DNA of 64,000 nucleotides from Haliotis rufescens (Eukaryota): NCBI RefSeq assembly GCF_023055435.1, contig NW_025963890.1, positions 7,378,001 to 7,442,000 of the forward strand, read 5' to 3'. Shown piece by piece: positions 40,683 to 53,375 of this stretch (position 1 is its first letter; each line of letters starts with the position of its first letter). The notes under the pieces were generated by a model. It saw only the letters and a program-made list of their open reading frames with translations, ran no database searches and was not told where the DNA came from. The position numbers and the translations under genes were made by a program.

Positions 40683-41990
40683 TAGTGCTGTTTGAGCAAC
40701 GATGTCTTATGATTATGAAAAGGATTTGTTTGCTTTTATTTGTATGAATACATCACAAACATCACAACTGCAATCGTTTCATTCAGATATATTTATTTGG
40801 ATTCATTAAGATGCATTACTAACAATTCTTTCAAAGCTAAGGTAAACATACCCGTGAAACACGAGTTTTGGTTTGTCAGCACCATGCCTACACACGAAGT
40901 ACATGTATGTCACGTGGGGTTTTGTTCCCCCTGAAGCTGTCGCGTCATGATTTAACTGAAATACTATCAAAGCGGAGTTGCACCAACTTTCTCGCCATAT
41001 AACCGCCGAGACAACGAGTAGACCGTTACATCTGGACCGGATACCTCGAAAGGTTTGGGATGTACAAAATCTGTATTATGTTGTCTTAATTATATTATGC
41101 TGTGTTAATCCGGATATCCTAAGGAAGACGCTTCTCTCTCCCCGTGTACATAACCCTCCCTAAAGTCATTTTTCATGACCCTCTTCATGGCAACGAAACA
41201 TCAAACGTCGTTTGCTATCTGGATATTGCGTTCGCTCGACACGTGTTGATTATCTTCATTGATATTCCGTGAATTTAGTTTCGAGGCTTAAAACCTCACT
41301 CACCAGATTGGCGCCGAAAAGGAGGTGTCTGAATTACAGGGGTTAAGTGAGTGAGTGTGTATGGTTTTACGCCGCTTTTAGCAATATTCCAGCAATATTA
41401 CGGCGGGAAACACCAGAAATGGGCTTCACGCATTGTAACCATTTGGGGAATCGAACCCGAATCTTCGCCGTGACAAGCGAACCGCTTTACCCCACCTCCC
41501 CATAGGGGTTAAATACCTGCACGTAAGACAGTAGTATTGCTTTAAGACCCTTGAAGATCCGGGGTAGAATAGGTCTTCAGCAACCCATGCTTGGCGTAAA
41601 AAGCGAATATGCTTGTCCTAAGAGGCGACTAACGGGATCGGGTGGTCAGGCTTGCTGACTTGGCTGATGCATGTCATCGATCCCAACTGTCTGGTCCAGA
41701 CTCGATTATTTAAAGACGGCCGTTGTATATCTGGAATATTGCTGAGTTCGGCGCTGAACAACAAACCCACCAACTATTGCTTAAAAACCGCAGTCAATTA
41801 CTTGGCTACGATTTAAGTTTAAGTTACATTAACAAACATTCTTGGTGGTGTCCAGATTAAATGGTTAACAAGATGCACTCGTGCACTGTTGCTTTCTTAG
41901 ATCAATGATTAAACATTTATCTACGGGATTCCTTGAAGGTTAAGATACATAAACACACATTCTAGATTTTGGAACATTAATAGGACTTAC

Positions 41991-42060
41991 TTGAATAACG
42001 GTAGGCTTGAACGGTCATTACCAGGAACAGAAGGGTCAAAGTATACCTGACGGAGGCCAT
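41991..42060 (-). CDS. Secreted peptide precursor 2, exon 1 (signal peptide)
   Basis: MASVRYTLTLLFLVMTVQAYRYS+A|gtaagt; 70 nt, phase 1; not in the ORF track. Confidence 0.85.
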
Positions 42061-42117
42061 CGTCTTCTGCCCTTAGTAAGCAGTTGGCTTAACTTAATGA
42101 GAAGGTAATTTAGTTTG

Positions 42118-42125
42118 CTTATATA
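42118..42125 (-). promoter_or_regulatory. TATA box of peptide gene 2
   Basis: TATATAAG about 60 nt upstream of the ATG; same motif and following sequence as in gene 3. Confidence 0.6.
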
Positions 42126-42579
42126 TCTATATATATATATAAGGATACAGGAAGCCACGACCCTATAAACCACGATAAAATGAGTAGTGCGTGGATGGGT
42201 TTTTTTATTAGCCGAGGGCGTCGAATGATTGATTAAAGACGACACAACATCCGTGAAGAAAACTTGTGTGACAGGGTAGGGTGGGATGGGTGTTGGAGGG
42301 TTAACACTTAGAGGGAATTACAATGTAGATGTGCCACATCTAAATTATAGAGGTTATCACGCGAGTGTGTTTGGGGATTGTAAATATCCTTCATTAGGAA
42401 TAAACATTGTATTTAGCGAGCCTTGGCGAGCTAAATACACAGTGTTTATTCCTAATACAGGATATTTACCATACATCGATGCTCATGATGTCAATCACTG
42501 GATTGCACGTGCATCCGATTCGTCACACATTCACAGAAGACGTTGGGCCGAGTCAATTTAAACAGTAAATCGTTGAAGT

Positions 42580-43482
42580 TTTTTAACTGTGAAAAGCAAC
42601 TTTGTTGACGGCTAAGCCTCGTAAATGTTCCCTCCATTTGTCACACATTCAATTTTGCCAGTTGTCACACAGAGGATATTGTTAAAGCAATATGTACTGT
42701 TGTCGTGGAATACTCCAAATTACTTCTAATTAGGACGGTCTGACGGTGATAGATACAGAGCGAATTGTTTTATAGGCATTACTTAGAAGTTGACGGATGA
42801 CAAAATGGAGACAAATTATGGATAAGAACTTCAAGTCGTGCTTGACAACGGTACAAGGATCTATACCGAAACGCCTCCTTTACAGAAGTCCATAAATTGT
42901 CTCTACTTTGTTACTGAGCGAGCTTTGACAGCCGGACGCATCCCTGACATTACGTCCGATTGTTGAATGTGAATAACATCCGACCACGTCCAGCTGTACC
43001 TCCATTTTGCTGCCATGCATCGAACAGCACGCCTGGCATGGTCAAGACACAGTCAGAGGTTCAAGTTTCATCTTGCCAGCAGTAAGGGCCGTCAGCATGT
43101 TTATCGACGTCAGTTTTTTATGGAACGTTACACTGACGCGTGCATGCTACAGGACCCATCTTGTGGTCATCGATGGCAATTTTACAGGTTATGGTACCCT
43201 GACGTCATCGCGTCCTCCAGTCCCATCACTATACGGGTGCCGGTGGGACAGGGTACTCTCACCTGTTCGCGAAAAACTTGAATCATCACCACTGTTTGAT
43301 CGTGATTGATAAACATACGTTCATTATATAGTCGGAATCGTACAAGGGCCCTGCTTTTATCCGATATTTCTTATGATTATGGACATGGCTTCTGTAGCTT
43401 TTATTTACAGCAGGACAATACCCGCTTCCACCTGCACGTGTGGTCACAGGCTACATTGGACAACAGAGCACACACCCCCCCC

Positions 43483-43530
<48 letters not shown>

Positions 43531-43730
43531 ATTCCTTGGGCTGCTGGCCTGTCGTCGCCAATGAAACATGGGTGGGTGAACTCAAACGTCGTTTACGCCA
43601 ACTGCCAAATAAGCCGTTGATGTTGATCCGGCTGCGACAGGCTTTGGTCCAGATCTGAAGAGACATCCCACAAGCCTCCCTCAACCATCTTGTGTCGTCA
43701 GTGAGTCGCCGGTGTCAAGCTTGTGTCACT
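42580..43730 (+). mobile_element. Highly decayed Tc1-like transposase relic containing a (CA)n microsatellite
   Basis: FYLQQDNTRFH (QDNA motif), IPW..ELKRRLR remnants; (CA)n at about 43484-43528. Confidence 0.6.
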
Positions 43731-44842
43731 GCTATTTGTTTGTTTGTTGTTTAATGCCGCATTCAGCAATATTCCAGCTATATGACGGCGGTCTGTCACT
43801 GCTAATGGTGGTCATAGCCGATACTGACTTGTGAACTGACAATTGACCCCACGCCACTTTCAACTTGAGATGACGTTTACAGAAGACATGTGTGGATTCT
43901 GCCATTATCAATTCATGTTTCATGGACATCAATATATTGTTCTGTTTCAAGATCTTTCTTTGTTTGCGTTTAGTTATTATTTCCCACAGTCATCAGTGGT
44001 ACACGGGAACTTTTTCTGCTAGTATATATTATGTACTTATTGATATAATGTTTTGTAATGTATGCTACTCAAAAGCACTCTCCTACCCAGAGTTCCATGC
44101 GGCCGGCAGCCAGCCAGCATAGTACCTCTGCCACAGGCCAGCGCCATGTGACGATTCGTCACATCTTTCACAGTCCATTCAAGATATTGCATATGCTTTT
44201 CATCCGTTTCATGTTTGACAAGTCTACACATTTTCATAAACAAATGTCAAAGAATGGTTAACTTTCATTGAGAAAGTATGCAAATACGTAAAAATCTACT
44301 TGTTTTTGCGTAGTTATCCTATGTTTACATTGGTTGTACGGCTCCACGTGCTGTCATCGAAGCCCAACGGAGAGCTAGCGACACGGTCACTTTGATGCAT
44401 AAATATATATTGTCATGCAGCTCACTGTCGCAGTTGTAGTAGCATATCTATATAATTATGCAAAACAATATGTAAAGCGCCCCAAAATACTTGCATTAGT
44501 CCGTTCTATACTGATTTCTGAAAAAGCGCGTTTGTTTACAAACAAGAGAAAAGTCCGGTCACGTGATATGCAAATTAGCCTGTGGCAGTGGTGTTATGCT
44601 GAGTCACCACTGCGACGGAGTGTGACTCAAAAGAAGTTAAAGAACATAAAATAACGCTTATGATATTAAAAGTTGTAAAATTATCTTTATTATAGAAATA
44701 TGTGTGTAACATACATTATGGTTTACATGTGAGGGGACGATTACAAATGTGAATTAAACTAAATGACACTGATAAGGGAAAATTGCATGGAACACCCTCA
44801 TGCAGCCATGTTACATGTATCTTCATAAACTTCGTAGTTCAG

Positions 44843-44976
44843 TCAAAGCAGGATATGACATCTGTATTCACCTGTCGTCAAGTACTTGCACCAAATGCGG
44901 ATGAAATATAGGCTGCCAGCTAATTTGGGTATATTACAACGATTACAGACCGCTTCCTTCCTTCCACTTACACATC
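44843..44976 (-). pseudogene. Fourth, diverged copy of the peptide exon 2 (pseudo-exon or alternative last exon)
   Basis: ctatccag|GA then CVSGRKEAVCNRCNIPKLAGSLYFIRIWCKYLTTGEYRCHILL*; frameshift after WCKY relative to the paralogs; followed by the family 3' UTR. Confidence 0.65.
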
Positions 44977-44998
44977 CTGGATAGGTCCAGCGGAGATT

Positions 44999-45150
44999 TC
45001 AGGTAAAGCACACTGACGGTATCTGAAATCCAAGGTCCTGCAAGTACTGGCACCATATGCGGAGAAGAAAGAGGCTGCTGATTGGTCCCTTGGCTGACGA
45101 AGGAAACAGTTGTTTGGAAAACATTATCCTTCTTATTTCTCTTCCAAATC
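44999..45150 (-). CDS. Secreted peptide precursor 3 (73 aa), exon 2
   Basis: Acceptor tttttacctctacag|GA; FGREIRRIMFSKQLFPSSAKGPISSLFLLRIWCQYLQDLGFQIPSVCFT*. Confidence 0.85.
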
Positions 45151-45742
45151 CTGTAGAGGTAAAAAGAATATATGGCGAATGATTCATGTAAACACGGACC
45201 ACAACTTCAAAACGTTTTATGGAAGACAAATGGAGGACATTCCCAAATCTGACACATTAGTGACGATTATGTTTCTAGGTTTGTCAGCACCATACCCGTG
45301 CTCGTGGTTTTCACCGAAGTGGTAAACGTCTAAGACCTGCATCACTTCGGGCTTACCTCCCACATTAAGATGCCACGCCGTGATATCAATGGAATACTGT
45401 TAAAAGCGGCGTTAAACACTACTCACCCACTCACTCATAAACACATGCTCATTATATATTCAGAATCGTACAATGAACTCTGCTTTTAGCAGATATATTT
45501 TATGATTATGGAAAGGGCGAGTCGCTTATATTTAGTAGAACGCGATCAAGTACTTGTCGGGAATCTTTTAGGTTTAAGTTACATGAAAAAACATGTGAGT
45601 GGGTGTCCCGATCACACGGTTTACAAAATGCACACTAGACTATTATTTTGCTTCATTGGATGAATGATACAATATTTGTCTACAGGATTCCTTGACGTTT
45701 AAGATACATATATTGTAGGAATTTTAACATGGGTGGGCTTAC

Positions 45743-45812
45743 CTGAATCACAGTAGGCTTGAGCGGCCATTAACAGGAACACAAGGGCCACAGCATTCAT
45801 GACAGAGGCCAT
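45743..45812 (-). CDS. Secreted peptide precursor 3, exon 1 (signal peptide)
   Basis: MASVMNAVALVFLLMAAQAYCDS+G|gtaagc; 70 nt, phase 1; not in the ORF track. Confidence 0.85.
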
Positions 45813-45862
45813 TTTCTTCTGTTCTTAGTATAAGCAGTTGGCTTTACTTAATGTGTTGTTTG

Positions 45863-45870
45863 CTTATATA
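45863..45870 (-). promoter_or_regulatory. TATA box of peptide gene 3
   Basis: TATATAAG 51-58 nt upstream of the ATG. Confidence 0.6.
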
Positions 45871-48603
45871 TAGGAAACCTCGACACTATGACCTCCAATA
45901 GAATTATTGGTGCGTTGATGCATTAGGTAACTGCTTGATGGGGGCAACCCCAAGGAGCAATTAGATGTGTCACAAATAAATTAATGACTTAATCTCGTGA
46001 ACGTGAATCATCCATTGTAAAGCCACTTCAGCTATAACAAGATCGGGACATCGCCGAGTACAATCTGTCAGATATTATATCTGTATGTTTAAAATGTGTC
46101 AGTAATGGGGGTGACGGTGGTGCCTGATGCCCAAGTAGATGCTCACCCACACGCGTTGTTGCCCTCAGTCGTCACCAGGGTAGAGGCCACCCTGGTATAT
46201 GTGCCTTTACGATAGGGATCGGATGGTAATAAGCATTGTAGTAAGTGTTATGCAGGCTGTGTTCAAAGGAAAAATATATTTCCAGTGAGGGACATTCTAT
46301 AGAACATCCCTGGGACAGATAGACTTTCTGTAGAATATCCTTGGGACAGGGGGGCTTTTTGTGGAATGTCCTTGGGACGGGGTTGTCTGTAGAATATCTT
46401 TTTCAGTATTTTTTCCTTTTTAATATATATTTCAGCGAGTCCTCCAATGGCAATGAAGCATGGGCTGTGTATGCAACCTGTCTGTATCAAGGGATCCATA
46501 AGATAATTTATCATGAGCTAATAAATCTAAAAGGTGTATTAATATTAACATTTGAATAATATATAGGTGTATTAATATTAACATTTGAATAATATATATG
46601 TGTGTCAGAGATAGGTGTATATACTCTTGGAGCCAAAACGACCGGACATTTTCCTTCGTTAGCAGTAGGGCGGTCGGGTAGCCTAGTGGTTAAAGCGTTC
46701 GCTCGTCACGCCGAAGACCCGGGTTCGATTCCCGACATGGGTACAATGTGTGAAGCCCATTTCTGGTGTCCCCCGCCGTGATATTGCTGGAATATTGCTA
46801 AAAGCGGCGTAAAACCATACTCACTCACTCACTCGTTAGCAGTAGCTATCTTCGTAGCTTGTTATTAAACGAATGGTCAACTTTGCGTAACTGGCAGTTT
46901 TACATTACTGATTATTCAATATGAATAAGTAGGTCTACATACAAACAGGCTTACGTCGCGGCACAGAACTTTGTCGTAAGTAATAGCTTACTGTTCTCGT
47001 TCATCAGTGTCATTTATATAACACCTTGCGGTAAATGTTGGGCATTCCGTGATATATGTACAATATCTATCTATCTATACAGTAAAGTACGTCTATAACG
47101 AACACGCTTAGAACGAACTGGCGGAAATAACTGTTTTTTCCCAGCCATTTGTTTTATATATTTTGTATATATGTTTATAACGAATTGCGGTTATAACGAA
47201 CTAAAATTAGTGGTCCCTTTGAGTTCGTTATAACCGTAGTTTACATGTTGTTATATTAAATGATACACAGAAACAAGTGAGTTTTGTTTTAGGCCGCCTC
47301 AATCTATTAAAATCAGATCTTAGCGCTCGCTACCGCTGAACAAAGCAGTACCGGTTGCGAGTAGCAAGATCTTGACAGTATTTCAAGATATATCAACTCT
47401 GCAAAATGCAGCGATGTGTGCAATTAGTACACACCTTACATAAGCTTTTTCTTCAGTTCTCATTGTATTGATAAGCACCAACAGGATGACTACAATACTT
47501 GGCTTTCTTTCACCTGTACTGTGTAAGAACTAACTGACGTTTTACTGATATAAGTATACATTGTCAGCGTAATACTTTACTGGAGACCCTTGAAGATCAT
47601 GAGTAGAATAGTTCTTCAGCAACCCATACTGTAAATAGCCACTATGCTTGTCGTAAGAGGCGACTAACGGGATGGGGTCAGGCTCGCTGGATTGGTTGAT
47701 GCATGTCATCGTATCCCAATTCAGTGGATCAATGCTCGTGATATCAATCACTGGATTGTCCGGTCCATACAACAAACAACAAACAACTTTACGGGGACGT
47801 TGATGATAATATCGACCACTGGACATGACTCAACTATTTACAGGCGTCGAGATATAGCGGAACGTATCTGCCCCGTTAAACAAACGTACGTAAACCTGTC
47901 GTCAGAGTTACCTGGACAAGTTTTGTTGACCTTTCCTGCTCAATATCCTTTTTCATGGATGCAGGGTCAATTTGCTCTATTGGATATTCGGGTGAGCCAG
48001 TCGTCGTCTTAGGTGCATAGTTGTATCCCTTGGGCACTTCACAAACCTATTTGTATGTTCAAATCCCGGTTTGCCCACCTTATGTTTCTAGGTTTGTCTG
48101 CACCAAACACATTGGTTTCACTAAACATAACTGGAATACTGTTCGGTTTAAACCCAATCACACATCAGTATTGGATCTTTTACTATCAGTCATACATCTC
48201 TCCATACTATCAGTCATACATTGTCCATAGGTGAACTTTCTTATCATTAAGCAAATCATTATTGAAGCAAACTATAAACAGCAGAATATATGGTTTCTGT
48301 GGTTTGAAAATGGATGTAAATGGGCAGTTCAAAATGTACATAAGGCTGCGCTATCATCTTGTGGACACTTTACACACTGTCATTTCTGTGGGAGTACAAC
48401 AGAACCACCACCTTTGAACACAGTAAATATCTATAAGCCTTCTGTACCATACTAGATCGCAAATTCATGTGTAATATGTAATTTGTCATCCTTTCTTGGG
48501 CTTTACTTCTATCAAGCTGTCAGCATTGGCATAATGAACCTTACAGCAACAGAAAACAAAACAATTTGCTTTACTTCCGAAGTTTATACATTTTTTTTAT
48601 ATC

Positions 48604-48681
48604 TCACAGCACATATTCTGGGAATTCAAAGTTCACATCTTTGCCAGTCAACTTCTTGTAAACTGCTGTGAAAGTCTCCAT
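48604..48681 (-). CDS. RPS7: 40S ribosomal protein S7 (eS7), last exon
   Basis: [25 protein letters not shown]. Confidence 0.97.
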   Translation of the reverse strand: METFTAVYKKLTGKDVNFEFPEYVL

Positions 48682-49477
48682 CTGCAACAGAAAAATAGAT
48701 CTTGGTCAAATATTATACACCACTGGTATAGAGATCAATAACATTTGCCACTCAGTGTTTCCTTTCATAAAAGCTATTGGAGCACTATGACTGTCTCAAG
48801 TCAAAGGTAAAGCAAAAGAGTCTATAAGCATAGCTGTATTGCTATGATCGCTTTGTCAAATGGAGTTCATGTATTACTAACAGGAAAGACTGTGTAGGAA
48901 TTAACACTACAGCCAGCAGGTGTGAAATAGACAAGTCAGCATGATTCAGCCAGAAACAACTTAAAGTTGAGCAAGAATCAAAATACTGTCCAACCTTGCC
49001 AACTATTGGATATCTATGTTGTCTCCCAATCAAGACAGAGATTTAGGAACATGTACAACCATGGCATAATTATCAATCGCTATCATAATGATATGTAAAC
49101 CAAAACTTTATGAGTAGCCGCCTTACCATTTAAAAATAATTTTTTCTTTGACCAGCATAGGTGGACAAAATATTGTGTCTCTGAAAATGACTGTTTTTGC
49201 CATTGTAATGAATGAACAGGATGAGTGACTGTTGTTTTATGCCAGTCAGCACTATTCAAGCAATACTAGAGTAGCCTGTAAACAATTCTGAGTCTGGACT
49301 AACACAATCCAATTTGGGTTTACATGAATAATGATCCACCCTGTGCCAGTATCAAGACACTAAACTGCCAGGTCCCCCATTGTAACTTCAATAAACCTCA
49401 TCTTACAAACATCATTGTACTGGATACCTATTCTGTCCCCAAATCCCCACAGGGAGAAGGAGCTGAGGGAGGTTTAC

Positions 49478-49628
49478 CTTGTGTTCAATGTTTGTCTGCT
49501 GGTTCTTGTCAAGGTGAACCTTGATGAGTCTGGAGCCATCCAGCTTGATCCGGATCCTCTTGCCGACAATCTCAGCAGGGAAGCAGAGATCCTCCAAGAT
49601 ACTGTCGTGTACTGCTGTCAGGGTACGG
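49478..49628 (-). CDS. RPS7: RPS7 exon 6
   Basis: [50 protein letters not shown]. Confidence 0.98.
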
Positions 49629-50244
49629 CTGAATACCAAGGGAGATAATCAAACAAACATATCCCGCATACAGGAAATTGTTGTTCATACTGACAACAGC
49701 AGCTGAACAGCAAAAATGATATCGATCACATCAAGCATATGGATGACCAACGGACTATCCACCAAGCAGAAAAATAGCAAAACTGAACAAATAGACTTGG
49801 ATTAGAAATCGCAATTATATACTACTGAAGCAAGGTTATGACAAGGTTGCATTTGAGAGTTTATCTAACAGTGACACTTAAATTATGGTTATAAAGATTG
49901 ATTTGTCAATATTGCTGATGAGATATATTCTTATATATTTAGCCACTTTTGTCAAATTAGAAGCACTATGCTTCATGGACTGGTTCCCATTTCAGTCTCA
50001 GTCTCAACGTAGTCTGTGCCATATGTGGATGGGCAATGTGCCAACTCCCTGCGCTTGGTCTAGAGTCTTTTCCAAATTTTCACTCATTGCAATTGAGAAA
50101 ATTCCAGAAAATGTATGGATTTTCTAAGGCAATTCAAAATGTACTCGGATGCAAAACTATTTCTAGGTTGGTCATTATGATAGTAAACATGCTGGAAACC
50201 TTCAACCATGTGCTTTCAACTTATTGAACTCAAAAGCATCTCAC

Positions 50245-50309
50245 CTCCTTGGTCGCTTCTGCTTCAGCTTTCCCTTATTCTTTCGGGTAGGCTTTGGCAA
50301 TATCCTCCT
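50245..50309 (-). CDS. RPS7: RPS7 exon 5
   Basis: RRILPKPTRKNKGKLKQKRPRS; phase 0 to 2. Confidence 0.97.
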
Positions 50310-51013
50310 CTGAAACAGGATTAGAGACATGAACTCTGATTCAAAGCATTTCTAAACTATGATAAACTGTAATATATACACCAAACACAGCCCTGTTTCA
50401 GTTAAACAGGACTTCAGTCAAGTCACTGCAATGAATATCCCAAAAAGTGAGCAAGTTAGTTGGGTTCACTACTGCTTTGAACAGAATAGTACTTGTCAGA
50501 AGAAATTCAAAGTGGCAATTTTCTAAGTGAGTGAGTGAGTTGTGTTTAACGCCGCTTTTAACAGTATTCCAGTTATAACGCGGTGTGTCAGCTTCATGTG
50601 GGAGGAAAGCCCGAACTGATGCAGGTCTCAGACGTTTACCACTTCGGTGAAACCCACGAGCACGGGTATGGTGCTGACAAACCTAGAAACATAATCGGGG
50701 CGAACCAGGATTCGAACCCACAAACATAGGTTTCTGGCATGCCCAAGGGACGCAACTCTTCACAGCGAATCCCGGCGCCTTAGACTACTGGGCCGGCAAT
50801 TTTCTAAGATTCAAAGGGACAAGAAACATGTTAGATACACTTTTTGTGGAAAGCACAGATTCTTGTGCTGCACTCAGTCACATTCCAGATTACCATGGCA
50901 GACTATATATAGAAATGTCCTAACCATGCAAACACTATTTATAGGATGAGCAGGACCCACACCCTCTGAATGTGTTCATCAGCGGCATGGTCACACGATG
51001 TAACCCTCCAACC

Positions 51014-52153
51014 CAGGGATCCGGAAAATTTAAAATCCCAATCGGACATTTGCATTTAGGCCACGCCCCCTTCAAATAGCGTATTTTAGTACGACTTTTC
51101 ACACACATTACAAGTTTACGTATTCATAATATGATGAATTATGAATTGTTTTAATTTAAATTGTTTAATTCATCGGACAATTAATAACAAGTAATATCAT
51201 TTTTAGATTTACATGGAAAACATACGTTTGTTTCTTTTATAATAACGATCTGTTAACGTAGTGAACGGTCTAATTAATATTCATGAGTTATATTCATGAG
51301 TCTGCTCAAGTGTACGCGTTGTAACATTTGGATCGAAACTATTATCCCATATTTGGTTATCATGTGACCTCACTAGAATTTTTTTTTTTAAACTAAAGAT
51401 TTTTTTAAAAACAAGACAGATAATTTAATCACAAATACAAAAATATCGTTGATAGCAATAGTTATTTGAATACTTTTTTCATCTGTACTTATTTATTGAC
51501 CATAAAAAAATTGGATATCGATCGTCCGAGAAAGCAAAATGGCGGTCAATCAAGATTCAATATACGACTAGCTACTGAAAACAATAAAATCTGCAAATCC
51601 TCATTGTATGTCAACCAAGTGAAAGTCGTTAGCAACGACTTACAAAATGATCGTCCAGACTTTGATGGTTGGGCAGATCCGCTCGACTGATCTGCATCGG
51701 TCGACTGGCTGTCGTCACGCTTTCGCTTCTTGTTTGAGGTTACGTATCGTAGCATTGTGAGGATAATGAGGTACATCGATGATGCAAGGTATTAATGTAT
51801 AGTTGTAAACACCTTTCACTCAAATTAACAAGATGTTCTCAGTAATTAATCCTCGATTAATCCGTGTCAACTCAGTTTATTGCCTATTACAGTGATTGAC
51901 CGATTGGACTATCATGTAGGTACGATGTATTTACAGCAATCAAAACAAACAAAGCTTGTCAGCGTAGTTAATCTTCATTGTGTTGCAACTGCAGACAGAA
52001 ACTGCCCAGTCCTAACTGTTGATCATGTCCGGTCAAAATTTAAGAATGTCCGGACAATACTTTTTAAAATGTCTGGTAAGCAATATTTTAAAACGGACAT
52101 TTGAGATTCCCAATCGGACATGTCCGGCGCATATGACGGTTTCCGGACCCCTG
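51014..52153 (-). mobile_element. Internally deleted hAT element in RPS7 intron 4
   Basis: TIR cagggatccggaaa / tttccggacccctg; 8-bp TSD ctccaacc/ctccaaac; subterminal cggaca repeats; remnant RSFCKSLLTTFTWLTYNED resembles a hAT transposase N-terminal zinc-finger region. Confidence 0.85.
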
Positions 52154-52318
52154 CTCCAAACCACATTTCAAGTGTTTCTTGCAACAGGCATCAGGCCCTT
52201 AAGACGTACACTGACCAGCAACACAGGGAACAATTCAAAGAAAAGTAAATTATATGCTAAAAAGTCCATATCCCAATTTTCCGTAAACATTGACGATAGT
52301 TGAACAGTAAAGACAAAC

Positions 52319-52459
52319 CTGGGCAATGAAAACAACATGTTTGCCACTGAACTTCTTCTCCAGCTCTCTGACAAGGCGGGTCTGGATCTTCTGGTACTGT
52401 CTCAGCTGCGGCACCGGCACAAAGATGATGATAGCCTTCTTGCCCTGGACATCTATTTC
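52319..52459 (-). CDS. RPS7: RPS7 exon 4
   Basis: [47 protein letters not shown]. Confidence 0.98.
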
Positions 52460-52836
52460 CTGGATGAATCAACATGGACAGATACATCAAACTCCAGTAC
52501 ATTCACAAAGCACATACAGGCAAATACAGCGAGTGTCAACACAATGAGATAAAAATAACTATGCAACAGTTTTAGACTTGGATTATGTAACATGACAAGC
52601 TGCCCTACCACCCTTCCACTAGTCATACCAATATGGATGGACAAGCGGACATGCTAATCTGGGGGTGTAAGTAATGAAGGCTTGCTATCAACTCTTTGCC
52701 GTGTGCTTGCGAAAGACCAAAACAATGTTGATATTGTCTTTAAGTGGAAAACTTAATTACCAAAATTGATTCGACAAGACACGTTACATGTTTTAAGGAA
52801 TGAATTAGGACATGATATGATGTTGAAGGCCTCTAC

Positions 52837-52908
52837 CTTGGCTCCAGTGATGAAGAGTTCCCTAAGTTGGGCCTTCAGGTCACTGTTCATCTCCAGCTCA
52901 AGCAGAGC
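52837..52908 (-). CDS. RPS7: RPS7 exon 3
   Basis: ALLELEMNSDLKAQLRELFITGAK. Confidence 0.98.
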
Positions 52909-53300
52909 CTGTTGTACAGAACAAGAAACAATTGGCAGTGTTAGAAACCAAGCATTTCCAACACAGAAAACATTCAAAGAAATCATTGAATCAAGTAGGA
53001 TTCATATTTTCAGAATTTACTTTAAGTTTAATTTACGGAACAAAACACGATAAATCTGATTCTGTAGAAAGAAGAATATGTGTCAATGAAGGTTCAGAGG
53101 GGATTTTGCATGTATTAAATCCATGAAACAAATGGATGAATTTTAATAAATGCATCGGACACTGAATCATGGTCAACTACCAGTGATGAATGAACTTTCA
53201 AAACCTGTAAATATTACTGTATACAGCCTATGGGCAATAGTAATCTAATCTGTTAGCAATATAAAATATTGAATAAAAAAAATCAAAATCGACAACATAC

Positions 53301-53375
53301 CTGAGAGATTGATGACTCAAAGTCATCAGGTTTCTCCCCTTGGGGTTTGATGATTTTAGCGCTAGCCGAATACAT
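53301..53375 (-). CDS. RPS7: RPS7 exon 2 (first coding exon)
   Basis: ttcag|ATG; [25 protein letters not shown]; total CDS 582 nt = 193 aa. Confidence 0.97.

Noticed and set aside
50870-50990. Possible C/D or H/ACA RNA next to the hAT insertion
   Set aside because: TGATGA and CTGA boxes are present, but I could establish no convincing terminal stem, H box or target by eye
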